From Pseudomonadota bacterium (GTDB lineage Bacteria; Pseudomonadota; Alphaproteobacteria; DSM-16000; Inquilinaceae), in assembly GCA_039819285.1 (NCBI GenBank), contig JBCBSH010000001.1:402-64401 (forward strand): a DNA stretch of 64,000 nt, in the 5' to 3' direction. Position numbers and translations under genes: made by a program. The notes under the pieces were generated by a model. It was not told the DNA's origin. It did not search any database and was given only the letters and a program-made list of their open reading frames with translations. This document shows, piece after piece, positions 17,895 to 27,522 of the stretch; the first letter of the stretch is position 1; the number at the start of each line of letters is the position of its first letter.

Positions 17895-18807
17895 GGGACG
17901 GGACCAGACCGCGCCCACGCGTTGCGGCTTCATCGCGTTGGTTGGTGCGCCGAACGCTGGCAAATCGACCCTGATCAACCGGTTGGTGGGCCAAAAGGTC
18001 GCGATCGTCTCGCCGAAGGTGCAGACGACACGGACCCGCGTGCTGGGCATCCTATTGAAAGACCAAAGCCAGCTTATCTTCGTCGACACGCCCGGCATCT
18101 TCGCCGCCAAGCGGCGGCTTGAGCGCTCCATGGTGTCCGCCGCTTGGGAGGGCGCGGACGAGGCCGACATCGTCGCGCTTCTGGCGGATGCCAGCCGGCG
18201 GTCGATCGATACGGACACTGAGATGATCATCGACCGGCTGAAAAGCGATGAGCGGCGCGCCATTCTCATTCTGAACAAGGTCGATGCGGTCCGGCGCGAG
18301 AAGCTTCTTTTGTTAGCGGAAGAGCTGAATGCCAGCGGCGTGTTCACGGACATCTTCATGATCTCCGCGCTGAACGGCGACGGCACAGACGACCTCGTCC
18401 GGCATTTGGCCGCCCGCGTGCCGGAAAGCCCTTGGCTGTTTCCGGAAGACCAGGTCTCGGACATGCCGATGCGCTTGCTAGCGGCCGAGATCACCCGCGA
18501 GAAGCTGTTCAACCGGCTGCATCAGGAACTGCCTTATTCAGTCGCCGTCGAAACCGAGGCGTGGCAGCAGCTTGATGATGGCAGTGTCCGGATATCCCAA
18601 GTGATCTACGTTGAGCGCGATGGCCAGAAGGGGATCGTGCTCGGCGCCGGTGGCCGCACGATCAAGGCGATCGGCACGGACGCAAGGCTTGAACTGGCCG
18701 AGATCATGGAATGCCCGGTTCACCTGTCCCTGTTCGTCAAGGTCCGCCGCAACTGGACGGAAGATCCCGCGCGGTATCGCGACCTTGGCCTGAACTATCA
18801 CGGCTGA
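17887..18807 (+). CDS. era: GTPase Era
   Basis: It has G1 GAPNAGKST, DTPG and NKVD motifs and a KH domain at the C-terminus. It overlaps rnc by 8 nt. Confidence 0.93.
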   Translation: MTEGRDQTAPTRCGFIALVGAPNAGKSTLINRLVGQKVAIVSPKVQTTRTRVLGILLKDQSQLIFVDTPGIFAAKRRLERSMVSAAWEGADEADIVALLADASRRSIDTDTEMIIDRLKSDERRAILILNKVDAVRREKLLLLAEELNASGVFTDIFMISALNGDGTDDLVRHLAARVPESPWLFPEDQVSDMPMRLLAAEITREKLFNRLHQELPYSVAVETEAWQQLDDGSVRISQVIYVERDGQKGIVLGAGGRTIKAIGTDARLELAEIMECPVHLSLFVKVRRNWTEDPARYRDLGLNYHG

Positions 18808-18822
18808 TCGGGCGCGCGAGCG

Positions 18823-19557
18823 ATGGAATGGCGCGATGACGGCATCGTCCTGTCGGCCCGGCCCTATGGCGAGACCGGCACGATCTGCGTGCTGATGACC
18901 CGCGAACACGGACGGCACGCCGGCCTGGTCCGGGGCCAGCGCATTCGCGCCCAACTTCAGCCAGGCACCCGCGTGACGGCCCATTGGCGCGCGCGCCTGG
19001 CGGAGCATTTGGGGACCTTCACCCTGGAACCAGCCTCAAGCGTCGCCGCCCTGGTGATCGACGATCCGTTGCGACTGGCCGCGCTTGCCTCGGCGTGTGG
19101 GCTGGTCGAACTCGCGGCGCCGGAGCGGTCGGCCTATCCAAACATCTATGACGGTTTGGCAAGCCTGCTGGAACTGTTGCCCGGCCTGCACTGGGACGCG
19201 GCCTATGTCCAGTGGGAGATCGGGTTGCTGCGCGCGCTCGGTTTCGGGCTTGATTTGGAACGCTGTGCCGCGACCGGATCGAACGACCAACTGGCTTATG
19301 TCAGCCCGCGCACCGGTCGGGCCGTCAGCCTGTCGGCGGCGGAACCCTATGCCGATCGGTTGCTGCCGCTGCCGGGCTTTCTGATCGGGAAGGGGGAGGC
19401 CGACCCGCTCGCCGTAGCCAAGGGCCTTGCATTGACCGGCCACTTCATCGAACGCAACCTGTTCGGACAGTCGCACCAGCCCGTGCCGCCCGCCCGGCCG
19501 CGCTATGTTGAACGTTATCGCCGATATGCCGCAACATCTGGTAGCGTGGACGCATGA
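18823..19557 (+). CDS. recO: DNA repair protein RecO
   Basis: Its position after era, its N-terminal OB-fold pattern ([16 protein letters not shown]) and its size all fit RecO. Confidence 0.85.
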   Translation: MEWRDDGIVLSARPYGETGTICVLMTREHGRHAGLVRGQRIRAQLQPGTRVTAHWRARLAEHLGTFTLEPASSVAALVIDDPLRLAALASACGLVELAAPERSAYPNIYDGLASLLELLPGLHWDAAYVQWEIGLLRALGFGLDLERCAATGSNDQLAYVSPRTGRAVSLSAAEPYADRLLPLPGFLIGKGEADPLAVAKGLALTGHFIERNLFGQSHQPVPPARPRYVERYRRYAATSGSVDA

Positions 19558-21761
19558 GCGACTCGGCCACCATTCTCCCCATCGCGCTGACCGATGCCCT
19601 GGGCGAGCGTTATCTCGCCTACGCACTATCGACCATCGTTTCGCGCTCGCTGCCGGATGTGCGCGACGGTCTGAAGCCCGTGCACCGAAGGCTGATGTAC
19701 GCGATGCGGCAGTTGCGCCTGGCGCCGGATCTGGCGCCGAAAAAGTCTGCCCGCGTGGTCGGCGACGTGATCGGCAAGTATCACCCCCACGGCGAACAAG
19801 CGGTCTATGACGCGTTGGTGCGGTTGGCCCAGGACTTTGCCCAACGCTACCCGCTGATCGACGGGCAGGGCAATTTCGGCAATATCGACGGCGATAACGC
19901 CGCGGCCATGCGCTACACCGAGGCGCGGCTGACCGATGTGGCCGACGCCCTCTTGATCGGTATCGACGAAGACGCGGTCGACTTCCGCGACACCTATGAC
20001 GGCGAAGGCAGCGAGCCGGTCGTTCTGCCCGCCGCGTTTCCAAACCTGCTGGCCAACGGGGCGCAAGGCATCGCCGTAGGCATGGCCACGTCGATCCCAC
20101 CGCACAATGCGGGCGAGCTGTGCGCCGCCCTGATGCATCTGATCGACAAGCCGGACTGCACCGACGCCTCGCTGCTGAAGCACGTGAAGGGCCCGGATTT
20201 CCCGACCGGCGGCATTCTCGTCGAAAGCAAAGAGGCGCTCGCCCAGGCCTACGCCACGGGCCGTGGCAGTTTTCGGGTGCGCGCGCGTTGGGAAAAGGAA
20301 GATCTGAAGCAGGGCCAGTACCAGATCGTCGTTACCGAGATCCCCTATCAGGTGCCCAAGGCGCGCCTGATTGAGAAGATCGCCGATCTGCTCAACGCCC
20401 GCAAACTGCCGTTGCTGGAAGACGTGCGCGACGAATCGACGGACGATGTGCGCCTCATCCTGGTGCCGCGCAGCCGCAACGTCGATCCAGAGCAGTTGAT
20501 GGAGCTTCTGTTCCGGCAGACGGATCTGGAATCCCGCGTGCCTTTGAACCTGAACGTGCTGGACGCCGACCAGGTGCCCAAGGTGATGTCGCTGAAGCAG
20601 GCCTTGCGCGCCTTCTTGGACCATCGCCTGGAGGTGCTGGAGCGACGCACGCGCCATCGGCTGGCCAAGATCGCCCAGCGGCTGGACGTGCTGGCCGGCT
20701 ATCTGGTTGCCTATCTGAACCTGGACGAGGTGATCCGCATCATCCGGTTCGAGGACGAGCCGAAGGCGGAACTGATGACCCGGTTCGAGCTGACCGAAAG
20801 CCAGGCCGACGCGATCTTGAACATGCGCCTGCGTGCCCTGCACAAGCTGCAGGAAATCGAGATCCGCAAGGAACATGACGAGTTGTCTGCTGAGCAGGCG
20901 GATCTGGAAGACTTGCTGGGCGACGATGCGCGGCGCTGGACCGTTCTGCGTTTCGAGATCGGCAAGGTCGACGAGGCCTTCGGCCGCAAGACCGAACTGG
21001 GGCGGCGGCGAACAACCGTCGGCGAGGCGCCGACGGCGACGATCATCGCCCTGGAAACCCTAGTCGAGAAGGAACCGATCACCGTCTACCTGTCCCAGAA
21101 GGGCTGGATCCGGGCCGTCAAGGGCCATCAGGATCATGACGCGGAGGTCAAGTACAAGGACGGTGATCGCGGCCGGTTTGTGCTGCACGCTGAGACCACC
21201 GACAGGTTACTGATCTTTGCCACCAATGGCCGTTTCTATACGCTCGCTGGCGACAAGCTGCCGCGCGGGCGCGGCTTTGGCGAGCCGGTGCGCCTGATGA
21301 TCGATCTGGGCAACGACGCCGATATCATCGCCTTGGTGCGCCACGAAGCGGAGGCCAAGCTGTTGGTCGCCTCCAGCGATGGGCGCGGCTTTATCGTGCC
21401 GCAGGCGGATGTTGCGGCCCAGACCCGGTCCGGTAAACAGGTGCTGAACGTGAAGGGTGCCGTGGAGGCCAAAGCCTGCGTATCGGCGGTGGGCGACAAG
21501 GTCGCGATCTTGGGCGAGAACCGCAAACTGCTGGTGTTCGATCGCGACGAGGTGCCGGAGATGACGCGTGGCAAGGGGGTCATCCTGCAGCGCTACAAGG
21601 ATGGCGGCCTGGCCGACATGCAGGTGTTCGACCATGCGCAGGGCCTGGTCTGGGGGCGCCGCACCCTGACCGAAGCGGATCTGATGGCCTATGTCGGCAA
21701 GCGTTCCGGCGCCGGTCGCCTGGCCGCCAAGGGCTTGCCGAAGGCCAACCGGTTTCGTTGA
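19554..21761 (+). CDS. parC: DNA topoisomerase IV subunit A
   Basis: It contains [16 protein letters not shown] and the catalytic-Tyr block [10 protein letters not shown]. The 735-aa length is typical of ParC rather than GyrA. Its start overlaps recO (ATGA). Confidence 0.9.
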   Translation: MSDSATILPIALTDALGERYLAYALSTIVSRSLPDVRDGLKPVHRRLMYAMRQLRLAPDLAPKKSARVVGDVIGKYHPHGEQAVYDALVRLAQDFAQRYPLIDGQGNFGNIDGDNAAAMRYTEARLTDVADALLIGIDEDAVDFRDTYDGEGSEPVVLPAAFPNLLANGAQGIAVGMATSIPPHNAGELCAALMHLIDKPDCTDASLLKHVKGPDFPTGGILVESKEALAQAYATGRGSFRVRARWEKEDLKQGQYQIVVTEIPYQVPKARLIEKIADLLNARKLPLLEDVRDESTDDVRLILVPRSRNVDPEQLMELLFRQTDLESRVPLNLNVLDADQVPKVMSLKQALRAFLDHRLEVLERRTRHRLAKIAQRLDVLAGYLVAYLNLDEVIRIIRFEDEPKAELMTRFELTESQADAILNMRLRALHKLQEIEIRKEHDELSAEQADLEDLLGDDARRWTVLRFEIGKVDEAFGRKTELGRRRTTVGEAPTATIIALETLVEKEPITVYLSQKGWIRAVKGHQDHDAEVKYKDGDRGRFVLHAETTDRLLIFATNGRFYTLAGDKLPRGRGFGEPVRLMIDLGNDADIIALVRHEAEAKLLVASSDGRGFIVPQADVAAQTRSGKQVLNVKGAVEAKACVSAVGDKVAILGENRKLLVFDRDEVPEMTRGKGVILQRYKDGGLADMQVFDHAQGLVWGRRTLTEADLMAYVGKRSGAGRLAAKGLPKANRFR

Positions 21762-21821
21762 TCCTTGATTTGATGCCGCCAGCCGATAGTCTGGCCGCCG
21801 ATTGCGAAAGAGGAGAGGTCA

Positions 21822-22403
21822 TTGATGTCAGTTCATCAGGGCACACTGGTCGACGCCGCTTGGCCGGAGGGCACGGCCGGCGCGAATGCACTACGTGCAG
21901 TCGCGCTGATCATCTTCGGCAGTTTGCTGATGACCGTGGGCGCCAAGGTGCAGGTGCCGTTCTATCCGGTGCCGACGACCATGCAGACCCTTTCACTGAT
22001 GCTGATCATCGCCACGTTCGGCGGCCGACTGGCCTTCGGCGCGGTCGGCGTCTATCTCGCGCAGGGATTTGTCGGCGTACCAGTGTTCGCCTATGCCGCG
22101 GCCGGGCCGGCCTATTTCGCCGGCACGACGGGCGGGTATCTGGTCGGCTTCCTGGTCGCGGCGGCCGTCGGTGGCTGGCTTATGGAGAAATGGGGTGGGC
22201 GCGGGGTGCTGCGAACGGGCGCCGTTCTCTTGATTTCGCTGGTGATCGTCTTTGCCTGCGGCCTGACTTGGCTTTCGACACTGATCGGCGTTCCGGCCGC
22301 GTTCCAGTACGGCTTCGCCCATGTCATTCTCGGCGACATCGTCAAACTCGCCCTGGCCGTGGCCGTGGTTGCGGCCGGCTGGCAGGTCGTCAAGCAGCGC
22401 TAG
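21822..22403 (+). CDS. bioY: Biotin transporter BioY (solitary S-component)
   Basis: It is a 6-TM protein with the BioY-like pattern VPFYPVPTTMQTLSLML..GGYLVGF. Confidence 0.8.
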   Translation: MMSVHQGTLVDAAWPEGTAGANALRAVALIIFGSLLMTVGAKVQVPFYPVPTTMQTLSLMLIIATFGGRLAFGAVGVYLAQGFVGVPVFAYAAAGPAYFAGTTGGYLVGFLVAAAVGGWLMEKWGGRGVLRTGAVLLISLVIVFACGLTWLSTLIGVPAAFQYGFAHVILGDIVKLALAVAVVAAGWQVVKQR

Positions 22404-22426
22404 ACGGCCAGGCGATAGATCGATCC

Positions 22427-22462
22427 GGAGCCTCGCTCGACGATGAGCGAGGCTCTTGATTT
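22427..22462 (+). terminator. Rho-independent terminator after bioY
   Basis: GGAGCCTCGCTC-GACGAT-GAGCGAGGCTCT forms an 11-12 bp stem and is followed by TGATTTAT. Confidence 0.7.
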
Positions 22463-22568
22463 ATGTCCGCCCTCCTGTCACCCCACCACAAAACTGTGGC
22501 CTCGCGACCGCATGCCGGGCTATTAGCGGGGCCAGGTTCGGGCAGAGCGACACCATAGGACAGCATCG

Positions 22569-24161
22569 ATGGCGGAAGAGACTACCGGCAGTACATACGA
22601 CGACGTCCCGTATTACAGCTATGCCTATCCACAAACCCATCCCGATCGGCTGAACGTCATCGCCCATCTGTTCGGCATGACGCCGACGCCTGTTGAGAAC
22701 TGCCGGGTTTTGGAACTGGGCTGCGCCAGCGGCGGCAACCTGCTGCCGATGGGCGAGGCGCTGCCGGGCTCGACCTTTTTGGGCATCGACCGCTCCGGCC
22801 GGCAGATCGATGACGGCCTGAAGATTTTGAAAGAAAGCGGGCTGAAGAATGTCGAGCTGCAGCATTGCGACATTCTCGACTTTCCGAAGGATTCGGAGCC
22901 CTTCGACTACATCCTGGTCCATGGCATCTATTCCTGGGTGCCGGAGCCGGTGCAGAAGAAGATCCTCGACATCTGCAAGCGGCACCTGACGCCCCAGGGC
23001 GTGGCCTATGTCAGCTACAATATTTTCCCCGGCTGGCACATGCGCGGCATGCTGCGCGACATGATGGTCTACCATTCCGGCCAGATCGCCGATCCGGCGT
23101 TGCGGGTGGCCGAGGCAAGGGCCCTCATCGATTTCCTGCAAGGGGCGGTCGCGACCCAGGACAGTGCCTATTCCAGACTGCTGCAGGACGAGTTGAAGCT
23201 GCTGAAGCGGGTCAACGACTCCTACGTCTTCCATGAGCATCTGGAGGACCATAACGAGCCGGTCTACTTCCACCAGTTCAACGACCGGCTGAAACAGGCC
23301 GGGCTGCAGTTCCTGGGCGAAGCCAATTTCCACACCATGATGGCGCGGAACTTTCCGGAGAAGGTTGCCGCTACGCTGCAGAAGGTGTCCGGCAACAATA
23401 TCATCCGGATGGAACAGTATATGGACTTCGTCCGGAACGGCCATTTCCGCCAGACACTTATGGTGCATAACAGCATTCCACTGAAACGGGATGTCGGCGG
23501 ACGGCCGATCACGGACTTGTTCGTCGCGTGCGCCGCCGTGCCCGCGGAAGGGGCCGATCCGTCACCGGCAAATGCGGGGTCGACCGCTTACAAGCTGCCG
23601 AACGGGCGCCAGTTCAATACAACCAAATCCGTGCTGAAGGCGGCCCTGCCCATCGTGCGGGGTGCGTGGCCCGACGCGATCGGCATCAAGGATCTTGCCG
23701 AACAGGTCCATGGCCAAGCAAGCCCCAGGACGGGCGATCGTCCATTGAGCGTTGACGAGGTTGCCGCCGTGCTGTCGGCCGACTTTGTGCAGCTTTACTC
23801 TCTCGGCGTTGCCGAGGTCAGGCCGCGCTCACTTGGGGTCGAGAAGACAGCCGGCGAAAAACCCAAGGTCAGCGACCTCGCCAGGCTCTACGCCAAAACC
23901 GGCGGCCCGCTGATCAATCTGCGGCACGAGACCATCAAGCTGAACGACATGGGGCGGAACATCCTTGGCCTGCTTGATGGCGAGCGGACCAGGGACATGG
24001 TCCTGGCCGATCTCGTCGATCTGGCGACCAGCGACAAAATCAAGGTTCAGCGCAGCGGCCAGGTCATCAGCGACCCGGATACGCTGCGCGAGGTGCTGGT
24101 GAAGCCGATCGGCGATACGGTAACGACGCTGGCCAATCAAGGCTTCCTGGTCGGCGGCTGA
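22569..24161 (+). CDS. Class I SAM-dependent methyltransferase with a C-terminal 'methyltransferase regulatory' domain (PKMT-type architecture)
   Basis: The N-terminus YDDVPYYSYAYPQTHPDRL..IAHLFGM.P and the SAM motif I RVLELGCASGGNL are followed by DYILVHGIYSWVP. A roughly 300-aa C-terminal extension follows, as in PF10119-type proteins. Confidence 0.8.
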   Translation: MAEETTGSTYDDVPYYSYAYPQTHPDRLNVIAHLFGMTPTPVENCRVLELGCASGGNLLPMGEALPGSTFLGIDRSGRQIDDGLKILKESGLKNVELQHCDILDFPKDSEPFDYILVHGIYSWVPEPVQKKILDICKRHLTPQGVAYVSYNIFPGWHMRGMLRDMMVYHSGQIADPALRVAEARALIDFLQGAVATQDSAYSRLLQDELKLLKRVNDSYVFHEHLEDHNEPVYFHQFNDRLKQAGLQFLGEANFHTMMARNFPEKVAATLQKVSGNNIIRMEQYMDFVRNGHFRQTLMVHNSIPLKRDVGGRPITDLFVACAAVPAEGADPSPANAGSTAYKLPNGRQFNTTKSVLKAALPIVRGAWPDAIGIKDLAEQVHGQASPRTGDRPLSVDEVAAVLSADFVQLYSLGVAEVRPRSLGVEKTAGEKPKVSDLARLYAKTGGPLINLRHETIKLNDMGRNILGLLDGERTRDMVLADLVDLATSDKIKVQRSGQVISDPDTLREVLVKPIGDTVTTLANQGFLVGG

Positions 24162-24226
24162 AGCGGCCGCAAGAACCCTCCACAAGTTCTTTCTAAAAGA
24201 GAAATGCGCCCGAGATAGGGTCGTAA

Positions 24227-24245
24227 CTTGACGCGTTCTTGACGC
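24227..24245 (+). promoter_or_regulatory. Tandem direct repeat CTTGACGC-GTT-CTTGACGC (candidate -35 element or operator)
   Basis: The exact 8-mer occurs twice with an 11-nt period, about 190 nt upstream of the 777-aa ORF. Each copy contains TTGACG. Confidence 0.3.
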
Positions 24246-24435
24246 TGGTTGTGCAGGGTTCGCGCCAGAGCCGGCCTCGTCGCTCGGGGTAACCGGCCAT
24301 CCGAAGCGCGGCTCGGGGAGCCCCGTTCGGGCACCCACGTTCCAGTGTCTTCGATAACTCAGGAAAACTGGAGGTCATGGACTGAATCCCACAGGTTCCG
24401 CCGCAGCGCGGAGCCTCTCCAAGGAGTGGTAAGCC

Positions 24436-26769
24436 ATGACGGAAGACAACGGTATTCCAGAAGAAGACCTCAACAATGAGGACTTCCAATTCGTTCTAGG
24501 ACAGTTGCTGGCAGCCTATCGGCCGATCCTGAAGCAAGAGCTGGATCGGGCCGAAGACCCGAAAATGCTGACGGCGGAGCTGGCGGAGAACCCGCCCAGT
24601 TGCGAGGACGAACTGAAGCTCGCCGAGCGCCTGTTTGACGACTTCTCTAGCGAAAAAGTAACACTGCGCCTGCTGAGCGCGACGGCGTTGGAACAGTTGG
24701 GGCCGGTCGAGCAGTGGCGCTGGTGTATCGCCCATCTTCGATGTTGCCTGATCTTCGGCTGGCTGGTGCGTCGCGCCCCGACGTTCCGAGCGGCCGTGCG
24801 CTATCTCTGGTACTATTGGCTGTGTGTGCGCCGGGTTCACGGCATTGCCCCGGACGACCGGCCGCTGACGGCGGATGAGCGCGAGGACTTCAATGTCCTG
24901 GTCCGCGGTTTGGCCGATGTCTACAAGCCCTTCCTGGAAGGCCAACGCCAGTCGACCGAGGCTTCGGCCGACGTGGCGGCTGCGGTCATTGAAGGAGAAA
25001 TCGACTGTCGCGAAGGCATCGCCGAGGCCAACGCGATCTTCAATCGTTTCCTGACCGTCGATCGGGCGCCGGCCTTGTTCGGCAAGCAAGTGTTCGAGGA
25101 ACACCAGCAAGCGCCCCATTTCTGGTTCTGCCGCTGTTGGTGTCTATGCGCCATCAAGTTCGGCTGGTGTCTGGCGGGTGCCAAGAGCATCCTGGATGTC
25201 GTGCGCTGCCTGATCGCGTATCTGCGCTGCATCCGCGACTGCTTCCAGCCGCTGGTCTGCGGTCTGCAGACGCCGGAAGGATGCGTCGAGGAAGACGTAA
25301 TCCAAACGCCGGCGCTAACCCTGTTTCGGGGCGTTGAGATCACCGGTTCAGCGTCGGGTGCGTTTTGCAGCCATTACACACTCGAATGGCGCGAGGCTGG
25401 CACGGTGCCGTGGCGCAGTGACGGTGTGCGCTACTCCGGCAATCCGGAACCGGCACAAGGTCAGTGCGGTGTCGTTAACGGCGTGCTTGGCTATTTGACG
25501 ACCTACCCGCTGGTCCCGGCGGGGCCGGTCGAGATCCGGCTTTGCGTCCATTCCAGCCAGCCAGGTACGTCGCCAAGCTGCTGCACCTTGAGTTTCGAGT
25601 TGCAGCGGAACCTGGTGTGGATCAGAGGCATCGAGGGCATCGAGGCCGATGAGCCGCCCGGCATTTTGGACAGCACCGCTCAACTCGTTGACAGTGCTGG
25701 GGTCGTCCGGTCGTTTGGCGCCTCGCTGCGGGTCATGGGTTCGGCAGCGATCGGTGGCTGCGAGGACAAGGCGCTGAAGCGCTACACATTGTCGTTCCAT
25801 CCGGGGTTCGTCACCGATCCGCTGCTGCCCGGGTTCGTGCAATTTTGGCAGGTCGACTACATCAACGGATTCCAGACGGCCTATGGCCAGACGCACCCGA
25901 TCAACGAGCAGGCGCTGACCAACCGATGGCGTCGGCAGCGCATTTGCCTGCCGCCGCCGGTCGGTTGTTTTACCATCGGCAACTATCTGCAAGCCGTGCG
26001 ATGGAACACGCTGGCGGCACAATCCTTCCGGGTCGAGCCGATCGATCCGCCCACGGCACCGAACCCGCCGATCTGGACGTCAACGCCCGTGCCGACACCG
26101 AACTGCCGCAGTGGTCGGCACACCTTGCGGCTGACGGTGGAGGATATCGGGGGCGGCCTGAAGCATGATCTTCAGCAGGTCTGGATTGACAACAAGGACA
26201 TCCACGGCAAGATCACCCAGATCGCCGGCGTACCGCCTTGCGCCATTGTCGAACTCAGCAAGTTCGCCGCACCGGGTGCCGATTGCGCCGTTGCCTGGCC
26301 GGCTCAACTGAGCGGCATCGCCTTCGACGAGCTGATCGAGGAGGGCAACACCGCACAGCCGAGCGACAATTTCGGCGGCTACACGGTGTCGATCAAGAAA
26401 GATGGCGGCAGCTATTTTCCGGTGCCGATTCCCGGTCCCGGCGTGGCCCCTTGGGGGCCTCCGTTCGTCGGCACGTCACGCGTCGGCGACCCCGGCACCC
26501 GCTGTCCCAACGCGGTACCGGCCGGTCCGCCGCCGGGCCCGGAGGTGGTCGGCACGCTGGCGACGCTCGACATGCGCCGCTTGGATGCGGTGTGCAACCC
26601 GGCGGAGCCTGGCCTAACCCTCAAGCGCGGCGAGTGCTGTGGCTTTGTCGTCGCGCTGTCGGTCTGGGACACCTCGATCTGCCCGGGTCTCTCGGGCGGG
26701 CGTCACGAGGCGCACGACCAGTTTCCGTTCTATATCTGCAACAACCTGCCGCCGGTCGATATCACCTGA
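24436..26769 (+). CDS. Large Cys/Trp-rich protein of unknown function (777 aa, no signal peptide)
   Basis: AAGGAG lies 8 nt upstream of the ATG. This is the only long uninterrupted sense-frame ORF across 2.3 kb. I count about 33 Cys by hand. The N-terminus is acidic, and two related 40-aa CW-rich segments are present. No family was recognised. Confidence 0.8.
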   Translation: MTEDNGIPEEDLNNEDFQFVLGQLLAAYRPILKQELDRAEDPKMLTAELAENPPSCEDELKLAERLFDDFSSEKVTLRLLSATALEQLGPVEQWRWCIAHLRCCLIFGWLVRRAPTFRAAVRYLWYYWLCVRRVHGIAPDDRPLTADEREDFNVLVRGLADVYKPFLEGQRQSTEASADVAAAVIEGEIDCREGIAEANAIFNRFLTVDRAPALFGKQVFEEHQQAPHFWFCRCWCLCAIKFGWCLAGAKSILDVVRCLIAYLRCIRDCFQPLVCGLQTPEGCVEEDVIQTPALTLFRGVEITGSASGAFCSHYTLEWREAGTVPWRSDGVRYSGNPEPAQGQCGVVNGVLGYLTTYPLVPAGPVEIRLCVHSSQPGTSPSCCTLSFELQRNLVWIRGIEGIEADEPPGILDSTAQLVDSAGVVRSFGASLRVMGSAAIGGCEDKALKRYTLSFHPGFVTDPLLPGFVQFWQVDYINGFQTAYGQTHPINEQALTNRWRRQRICLPPPVGCFTIGNYLQAVRWNTLAAQSFRVEPIDPPTAPNPPIWTSTPVPTPNCRSGRHTLRLTVEDIGGGLKHDLQQVWIDNKDIHGKITQIAGVPPCAIVELSKFAAPGADCAVAWPAQLSGIAFDELIEEGNTAQPSDNFGGYTVSIKKDGGSYFPVPIPGPGVAPWGPPFVGTSRVGDPGTRCPNAVPAGPPPGPEVVGTLATLDMRRLDAVCNPAEPGLTLKRGECCGFVVALSVWDTSICPGLSGGRHEAHDQFPFYICNNLPPVDIT

Positions 26770-26795
26770 CCGGATCACAAGCAGGATTTGGAGGG

Positions 26796-26814
26796 CGGGC
26801 CACCTTGTGGCCCG
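26796..26814. terminator. Hairpin between convergent genes (candidate bidirectional terminator)
   Basis: CGGGCCAC-CTT-GTGGCCCG is a perfect 8-bp stem lying between the stop at 26769 and the stop at 26825. Confidence 0.4.
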
Positions 26815-26824
26815 TCACTCTGCG

Positions 26825-27382
26825 TTAGCCGGCGCAGCCGAGAACCGGTTCGAACTCCAGCGCCGCCATCTGACGGTCGATGACGCAGATGTAGCGGACG
26901 TAGTTGGGGCTGGTTGGGCTGGTGTGATAGCGGCCGACCGCATCGCGCCAGTTGCCGGTGTAGCGGTAAAGAAAGAGCAGCAGCCGCGCGGCATAGTCGA
27001 CGTTGGTTTCCGGATCCAAAAACAGCTCCGGGTCGCCATCGACCTCGTCGAGGTGATAGCGGGCGAAGATCTGCATGCAGCCGATGGCCATGTTCTGATG
27101 GGGCTGGCCCGCGCTGTTGACCAGCAGGTTGGCCGCCTCGTCGAAACTGGCCGGGCGCAGGGTGCGGCCGCCATGGTTGAGCGCCAGCGGGTTCAACCGG
27201 CTCTCGGTGATGCCGATCGCCATCAGAAGACCTTCAGGGATGTCGTACTCCAACTCCGCAAACCGGATGTAGTTGGCGCAGCCCTGATCGATGGGGGCGG
27301 TCACGGGGCTGGCACCCGCCTGACCCGCGAGGACGAACGGCACAACGAGAATGGCAAGTGCAGCGGCGGCAAGTCGCTTCAT
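26825..27382 (-). CDS. Secreted lytic transglycosylase (SLT) domain protein
   Basis: It has the signal peptide MKRLAAAALAILVVPFVLAGQAGA, a catalytic Glu-Ser in LLMAIGITESRLNP and the downstream motif AIGCMQIFARYH. Confidence 0.7.
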   Translation of the reverse strand: MKRLAAAALAILVVPFVLAGQAGASPVTAPIDQGCANYIRFAELEYDIPEGLLMAIGITESRLNPLALNHGGRTLRPASFDEAANLLVNSAGQPHQNMAIGCMQIFARYHLDEVDGDPELFLDPETNVDYAARLLLFLYRYTGNWRDAVGRYHTSPTSPNYVRYICVIDRQMAALEFEPVLGCAG

Positions 27383-27522
27383 GACAACACGAATACTGGT
27401 GCGTGGGACGGCCAGCGTGATAGCGGGCCGCAACCAAGCATGCCAGGCTCATTTCTGCAACCCTTCTATGCTGCAGTGCAATATCCAAAGTTGAGGGTGG
27501 TGCGACGACGCAACGTCTGCGT

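Noticed and set aside
19036-20876. 354-aa and 416-aa minus-strand ORFs opposite recO and parC.
   Set aside because: They are antisense to highly conserved genes, and their composition is R/P/A- or Q/H/L-rich and biased.
24249-24479. A 76-aa ORF in the leader of the orphan gene, considered as a possible precursor peptide for the methyltransferase.
   Set aside because: It has no RBS, is Arg-rich and low-complexity, and overlaps the real start of the 777-aa gene in another frame.
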